From positions 32,001 to 96,000 of the forward strand of contig CAWDRG010000005.1 of assembly GCA_963804645.1 (NCBI GenBank): DNA of 64,000 nucleotides, written 5' to 3'. The notes below the pieces were generated by a model. It did no database searches. It was not told the DNA's origin and saw only the letters and a program-made list of their open reading frames with translations. Position numbers and translations under genes: made by a program. This DNA comes from an uncultured Bacillota bacterium (GTDB lineage Bacteria; Sysuimicrobiota; Sysuimicrobiia; Sysuimicrobiales; Segetimicrobiaceae). Of the stretch, positions 59,887 to 64,000 are shown piece after piece (positions within the stretch are counted from its first letter, which is position 1; each line of letters begins with the position of its first letter).

Positions 59887-61044
59887 TCACCCGCCGTTCG
59901 CGGAGGTCGCCGCCGACCGCGCCCGATCGGGAATCGCCGCCGCGCCGGCAAACTCACGAATCGCCGCGACCACGACCTCTACCTGCTCGGGCGTCGTCTC
60001 CGCGCTCATCGGCAGCGAGAGGACCTCCTTACAGATGCGTTCGGTCTCCGGCAGATGCGGGTCGGCCAAGCCGAGATCCGGATGCGCCCACATCGGCTTC
60101 GGCCAGTGGACCAGGGTCTCAACGCCGCGAGCCGTCAGGTGCGCGCGCAGCCGGTCCCGGTCGCGGCTCCGGACGACGTAATTCTGAAAGACGTCGAAAC
60201 AATGGGCCTCGCTGAAGTGCGGGAGCCCGAGTCCCGGCACGCCCTCCAGCCCCTCGCGGTAGAGCGCCGCGATGCGGCGCCGGTGCTCGATCCACTGCGG
60301 CAGGTACGGCAGCTTCACGCTCAGCACCGCCGCCTGGACGTTATCCAACAGCGCGGTGTAGCCGTGTCCGTGATACTCACCGGTTTCCCGGTCCTCCCCG
60401 TTGTAGCGCAGCAGGCTCGCCTGCCGCGCGACCCGCGGATCGTTGGTCGTCACCGCCCCGGCGTCGCCGAACGATCCCAGGATCTTGAACGGATAGAAAC
60501 TGAAGCACCCGGCCGCCCCGAAGCCCCCGGCGCGCCTCCCGTCATGGGTCGCGCCGAGCGCCTGCGCGGCGTCCTCGATCACCGCCAGCCCGTGCTTGTC
60601 GGCAATCGCCATGATGCGGCCCATGTCGCAGACCCGTCCATTCAGGTGCACCGGAATGACCGCCTTCGTGCGGCGGGTGATCGCGGGCTCCAGGCGATCG
60701 GGATCCATGTTGTAGTCGTCCCGCACCTCGATCATCACGGGCGCGGCGCCGCAGTGGATGATCGCCGACACGGTCGCGAGAAACGTGTGTCCGACGGTGA
60801 TCACCTCGTCGCCCGGCCCGATGCCGGCGCCGAGGAGGGCGAAATGCAGGGCGTGATACCCGCTGTTTACCCCGACGGCGTAGCGAACCCCGACAAACGC
60901 CGCGAGCTGCTCTTCGAACTCCCGCAGCTGCTTGCGGTAGATCAGATCTCCGGTGGACAGGCACCCGAGGATCGCGGCGTCGATCTCCGGCTTCAGCCGC
61001 TGGTAGTGGGTACGCGGGTCTACGAATGGCACTTTGAATCCCAT
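59887..61044 (-). CDS. DegT/DnrJ/EryC1/StrS aminotransferase
   Basis: IPVHLNG, IEDAAQ, FSFYPFKILG..GDAG and LSLPM motifs. Confidence 0.92.
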   Translation of the reverse strand: MGFKVPFVDPRTHYQRLKPEIDAAILGCLSTGDLIYRKQLREFEEQLAAFVGVRYAVGVNSGYHALHFALLGAGIGPGDEVITVGHTFLATVSAIIHCGAAPVMIEVRDDYNMDPDRLEPAITRRTKAVIPVHLNGRVCDMGRIMAIADKHGLAVIEDAAQALGATHDGRRAGGFGAAGCFSFYPFKILGSFGDAGAVTTNDPRVARQASLLRYNGEDRETGEYHGHGYTALLDNVQAAVLSVKLPYLPQWIEHRRRIAALYREGLEGVPGLGLPHFSEAHCFDVFQNYVVRSRDRDRLRAHLTARGVETLVHWPKPMWAHPDLGLADPHLPETERICKEVLSLPMSAETTPEQVEVVVAAIREFAGAAAIPDRARSAATSANGG

Positions 61045-61054
61045 CGGATCCTCC

Positions 61055-62038
61055 TTAGGATGAGCTTGACCAAACGCCCCGGACCGCGGCGGCGATCGTC
61101 TCGTCGGTCGGATAGTAGGCGCGCTCCAGCGCCGCGCTCATCGGCGCCGGCGTGTCCGGCAGGGTCACACGCACGATCGGCGCCTTCAGATCGCGGAACA
61201 CCTCCGCGCCCACCGTCGCCGCGACCTCACCGGCGACCCCGCCGGTTGCCCAGGCCCCGTCCGCGACCACCAGGCGCCCGGTCTTTCTAACCGAGGTGCA
61301 CACGAGGTCTCGATCCCACGGCTTGATCGACCGCAGGTCGATCAGCTCCACGTCGATGCCCTCAGACGCGAGCGTCCGGCCGGCCTGCGACGCGAGCGCG
61401 GCCATATACGAGGTGGCGACGACGGTCACGTCCGCACCTTCGCGCACGACCATGCCCCGTCCAATCGGCACCGTGTACATCTCCTCCGGCACCGCGCCCG
61501 CCTGACTATACAACCAGCGGTCATCGATGTACATGACCGGATTGCCATCCTCCACGGCGGCGATGAGCAATCCTTTGGCGTCGTAGGGAGTGGCCGGCAT
61601 GACGACTTTGAGCCCCGGTACATGCATGAAAAACGCCTGCAGCGCCTGCGAGTGCTGGGCCCCCTGCTCCCCGCCCCGGTTGATGACGGCGCGGATCACC
61701 ATCGGGACGCTGGCCTGTCCCGCGAACAAGTACGACCAGTTGGCCGCCTGGTTCACGATCGGGTCGACCGCCAGCAGCATGAAGTCCATGCGCGGGTGAA
61801 ACACGATCGGCCGCATGCCGGTGAGCGCCGCCCCGACCGCGGCCCCGGTGGTCGCGTTCTCCGACACGGGACAGTCGATCACGCGATCGCGGCCGAACTG
61901 CTTCTCCAAGCCCTGCAGGCTGCTGCCCGCATACCACGGACTCCAGAGGCCCTGCCCGATCACGAACACCCTCGGATCGCGGTCGAGCAGCTGCGCGTGT
62001 GCCTCCCGGATCGCCTCCGCGTACGTCAACTCGCGCAT
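61055..62038 (-). CDS. ThDP-dependent 2-oxoacid dehydrogenase E1 beta-like subunit
   Basis: DCPVSE, GAQHSQ, PGLKVV, DAKGLL and IDLRSIKPWD motifs. Confidence 0.92.
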   Translation of the reverse strand: MRELTYAEAIREAHAQLLDRDPRVFVIGQGLWSPWYAGSSLQGLEKQFGRDRVIDCPVSENATTGAAVGAALTGMRPIVFHPRMDFMLLAVDPIVNQAANWSYLFAGQASVPMVIRAVINRGGEQGAQHSQALQAFFMHVPGLKVVMPATPYDAKGLLIAAVEDGNPVMYIDDRWLYSQAGAVPEEMYTVPIGRGMVVREGADVTVVATSYMAALASQAGRTLASEGIDVELIDLRSIKPWDRDLVCTSVRKTGRLVVADGAWATGGVAGEVAATVGAEVFRDLKAPIVRVTLPDTPAPMSAALERAYYPTDETIAAAVRGVWSSSS

Positions 62039-62041
62039 GGG

Positions 62042-63065
62042 CTACGGGACCTCGGGCCTCGACACGAACACGTGCGCCTGCATCTCCGCCGCGGCGGGAT
62101 ACGGAGAACGCCGGGCGAACTCGACCGCGTCGTCGATCTCGGCCCGGAGGTCCCGTCCGATTCGGTCGAGATCGTCCTCGGACGCGCCCGCACGAAGCAC
62201 GGTCGCGCGCGTGCGCGCGACAGGGTCTTTCGGCAGCCAGTCCTGCAACTCGTCCCGCCGCTTGACCCCGACATCCATGTCCCATGCCGCGCCGACGTGT
62301 CCGCGCCAGCGGAAGGTGCGGCACTCCAACAGCGACGGGCCGCCCCCCGCCCGCGCCCGGGCGACCGCCTCCACCGCCGCGTGGTGCACGGCGGACAGAT
62401 CATTTCCGTCCAGCACCGTACCCGGGAGCCCGTGCGCCTCGGCGATCTTGAAGATATTGTCCTGCGCCCTGCGCTCCAGCAGGTGCATGTGGCTCGCGTA
62501 CAGGTTATTCTCGCACACGAAGACGACCGGCAGGTCGGTAGACCGCGGCCAGATTCAGGGACTCGTGCACGTGGCCTTCCTCCACTGCGCCGTCGCCGAA
62601 GAACGGGACCGAGACCAGATGATCCCCGCGCAGCTTGGACGCGAGCCCGGCGCCGACTGCGAGCGGCACCGTCGCGGCGACGAGCGGGACCGTCCCGAAG
62701 ATCCCGACGGATGGGGCGATGAGGTGCATCGACCCGCCCCGTCCCCGCGAACATCCCGTGACCTTGCCGTACATCTCGGCCATCAGCGCCCGGAGATCCC
62801 CGCCCTTCGCAAGATAGTGCCCGTGGGACCGGTGGCCGCCCCAGACGGAGTCGTGCGGCTCGAGTGCGGCGCACACACCGACGGCGATCGCCTCCTGTCC
62901 AATGTACAAGTGACACGGCGTCTTGATCTCGCCGGCCTCGACCAAGTCCGCCACGCGCTCTTCGAACAGCCGGATCCGGAGCATCATCGCGTACATCGAT
63001 CGCAGCGCGACGGCGGGGCCTTCGCCCGCGCCGCTGCCGTGCCGTGTCAACGCCGTTGGCTCCAT
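62042..63065 (-). pseudogene. ThDP-dependent E1 alpha-like subunit, split by a 1-nt frameshift
   Basis: HLYIGQEA, HRSHGH, GRGGSMH and GDG are in 62505-63065. LPVVFVCENN and RWRGH are in the next frame. There is an extra base near 62535. Confidence 0.88.
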
Positions 63066-63133
63066 CCGACCCCCCCCCGATGATGTGGCGACGGGTGCGC
63101 GCCGCTCGACGCACCCGCGCCCAGACCCCCACC

Positions 63134-63739
63134 CTACGACCGCAGCCGGTCGACCAGGTGCACCCGCAGCGTCTGCAGCATGATCTGGAAATCCACGGCC
63201 AGGGACTGCCGGCGGACGTACTCAAGCGCCAGCCGGTGCTTCTCCGGCCAGATCTTCTCCCGATACGCTAGCTCCGGGTCCGCACTTCCCTCGAGCATCT
63301 TGCCCTCGTCACGAATCCAGAGCGTGGCCCAATCGGTGATGCCGGGCCGTACGGTCAGAATCTCCCGCTCCTCTTCCGTGAACATCGCCACGTAATGGGG
63401 CACCTCGGGCCGGGGGCCGACGATACTCATCTCCCCCTTCAGCACATTCAGAAACTGGGGGAGCTCGTCGAGGTTCAGCCGCCGAATCATTCGGCCGACC
63501 TTGGTGATGCGGCGGTCATCCGCCGCCGTCGAGGAGCCGCCCAGCCGGTCGGCGTTCACGACCATCGTCCGGAACTTGAAAATCCGAAAGGGGCGGCCGT
63601 GCAGCCCCACGCGCTCCTGCCGGAAAAACACCGGACCCGGCGAGTCTCGCTTGATCAGCAGCGCGACGACCAGGAAGATCGGAAACGACACCACGAGTGC
63701 GATCGACGCAACGATCACGTCAACGAGCCGCTTTACCAT
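63134..63739 (-). CDS. Small monotopic phosphoglycosyl transferase (PglC-like sugar transferase)
   Basis: KRLVD, FKFRTM, LDELPQFLNVLKGEMSIVGPRPE and RPGIT motifs. Confidence 0.93.
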   Translation of the reverse strand: MVKRLVDVIVASIALVVSFPIFLVVALLIKRDSPGPVFFRQERVGLHGRPFRIFKFRTMVVNADRLGGSSTAADDRRITKVGRMIRRLNLDELPQFLNVLKGEMSIVGPRPEVPHYVAMFTEEEREILTVRPGITDWATLWIRDEGKMLEGSADPELAYREKIWPEKHRLALEYVRRQSLAVDFQIMLQTLRVHLVDRLRS

Positions 63740-64000
63740 CGCCAGCTCGGCGACGCCCCGCGCTCCATGCCGTCCCGTTTATCGTCGCGCACGCCCGATC
63801 GGTCCTCCCCGTGTGCCGCGCTACCTCTCGTTCAAGGATAGCATATGCGCGCAACGAGGATGCCGCACGGCTCCACGGGCTGGGAACGGAGTACTGGAAA
63901 TGCGCAGGACATCGGTCAGATCGAGTGGCACCGCGTGACTGTCATGGGAGCGGGTTACGGGTCGACCCCACGCCGCCGTCGCATCCGGTTATTCTTCGAT

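Noticed and set aside
1..64000. Many long overlapping ORFs, e.g. 19731-22688 +, 43560-46373 +, 49609-52998 -, 35621-37951 +
   Set aside because: They are antisense or off-frame shadows of real genes in high-GC DNA, Arg/Pro/Ala-rich and without recognisable motifs.
1..64000. CRISPR array, tRNA or rRNA
   Set aside because: I saw no regularly spaced repeats, cloverleaf structures or rRNA signatures, and the intergenic spaces are short.
63740..64000. Possible gene or RNA at the right edge
   Set aside because: No supportable ORF or structure. It is probably the upstream region of the PGT operon.

Overview
A GC-rich bacterial chromosome segment with nearly all genes on the minus strand. Most of it is surface-glycan biosynthesis in three blocks. 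Block 664-26490 has heptose genes (gmhA, gmhB, a nucleotidyltransferase, a dedicated transaldolase), rmlACB, gmd/fcl, a GDP-mannose 3,5-epimerase, a WecE-like aminotransferase with a GNAT, GT2/GT4/GT10 transferases, methyltransferases, Wzx, a priming transferase and an embedded orphan type IV pilin. Block 33292-39961 has ugd, uxs, asnB, a GT4 and a Cys-less UGD-like enzyme. Block 53965-63739 has a PglC-like transferase, a ThDP E1 alpha/beta pair, DegT, a methyltransferase, PglF/CapD, a Wzy-like protein, a nucleotidyltransferase and PAP2. A small catabolic islet (two FAH paralogs, an orphan SBP, a 2-hydroxyacid dehydrogenase, a Phi-1/EXORDIUM-like protein, DJ-1) separates the first two blocks. 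A housekeeping core (rplM-rpsI, LysM-NlpC/P60, argF-cdaA-cdaR-glmM), a DinB protein and an RND pair lie in the middle, and the left edge holds IS701-like and group II intron RT debris. The most notable signals are GAAC-N4-GTTC (LexA-type) boxes at the glycan and pilin promoters, tandem ARG boxes ahead of argF-cdaA-cdaR-glmM, a possible branched-chain sugar pathway, a UGD homolog without its catalytic cysteine, and an unexplained structured RNA candidate at about 47.1 kb. I saw no CRISPR array, tRNA or rRNA. All calls come from motif recognition by eye; no database searches were run. The single-base frameshifts may be assembly errors.
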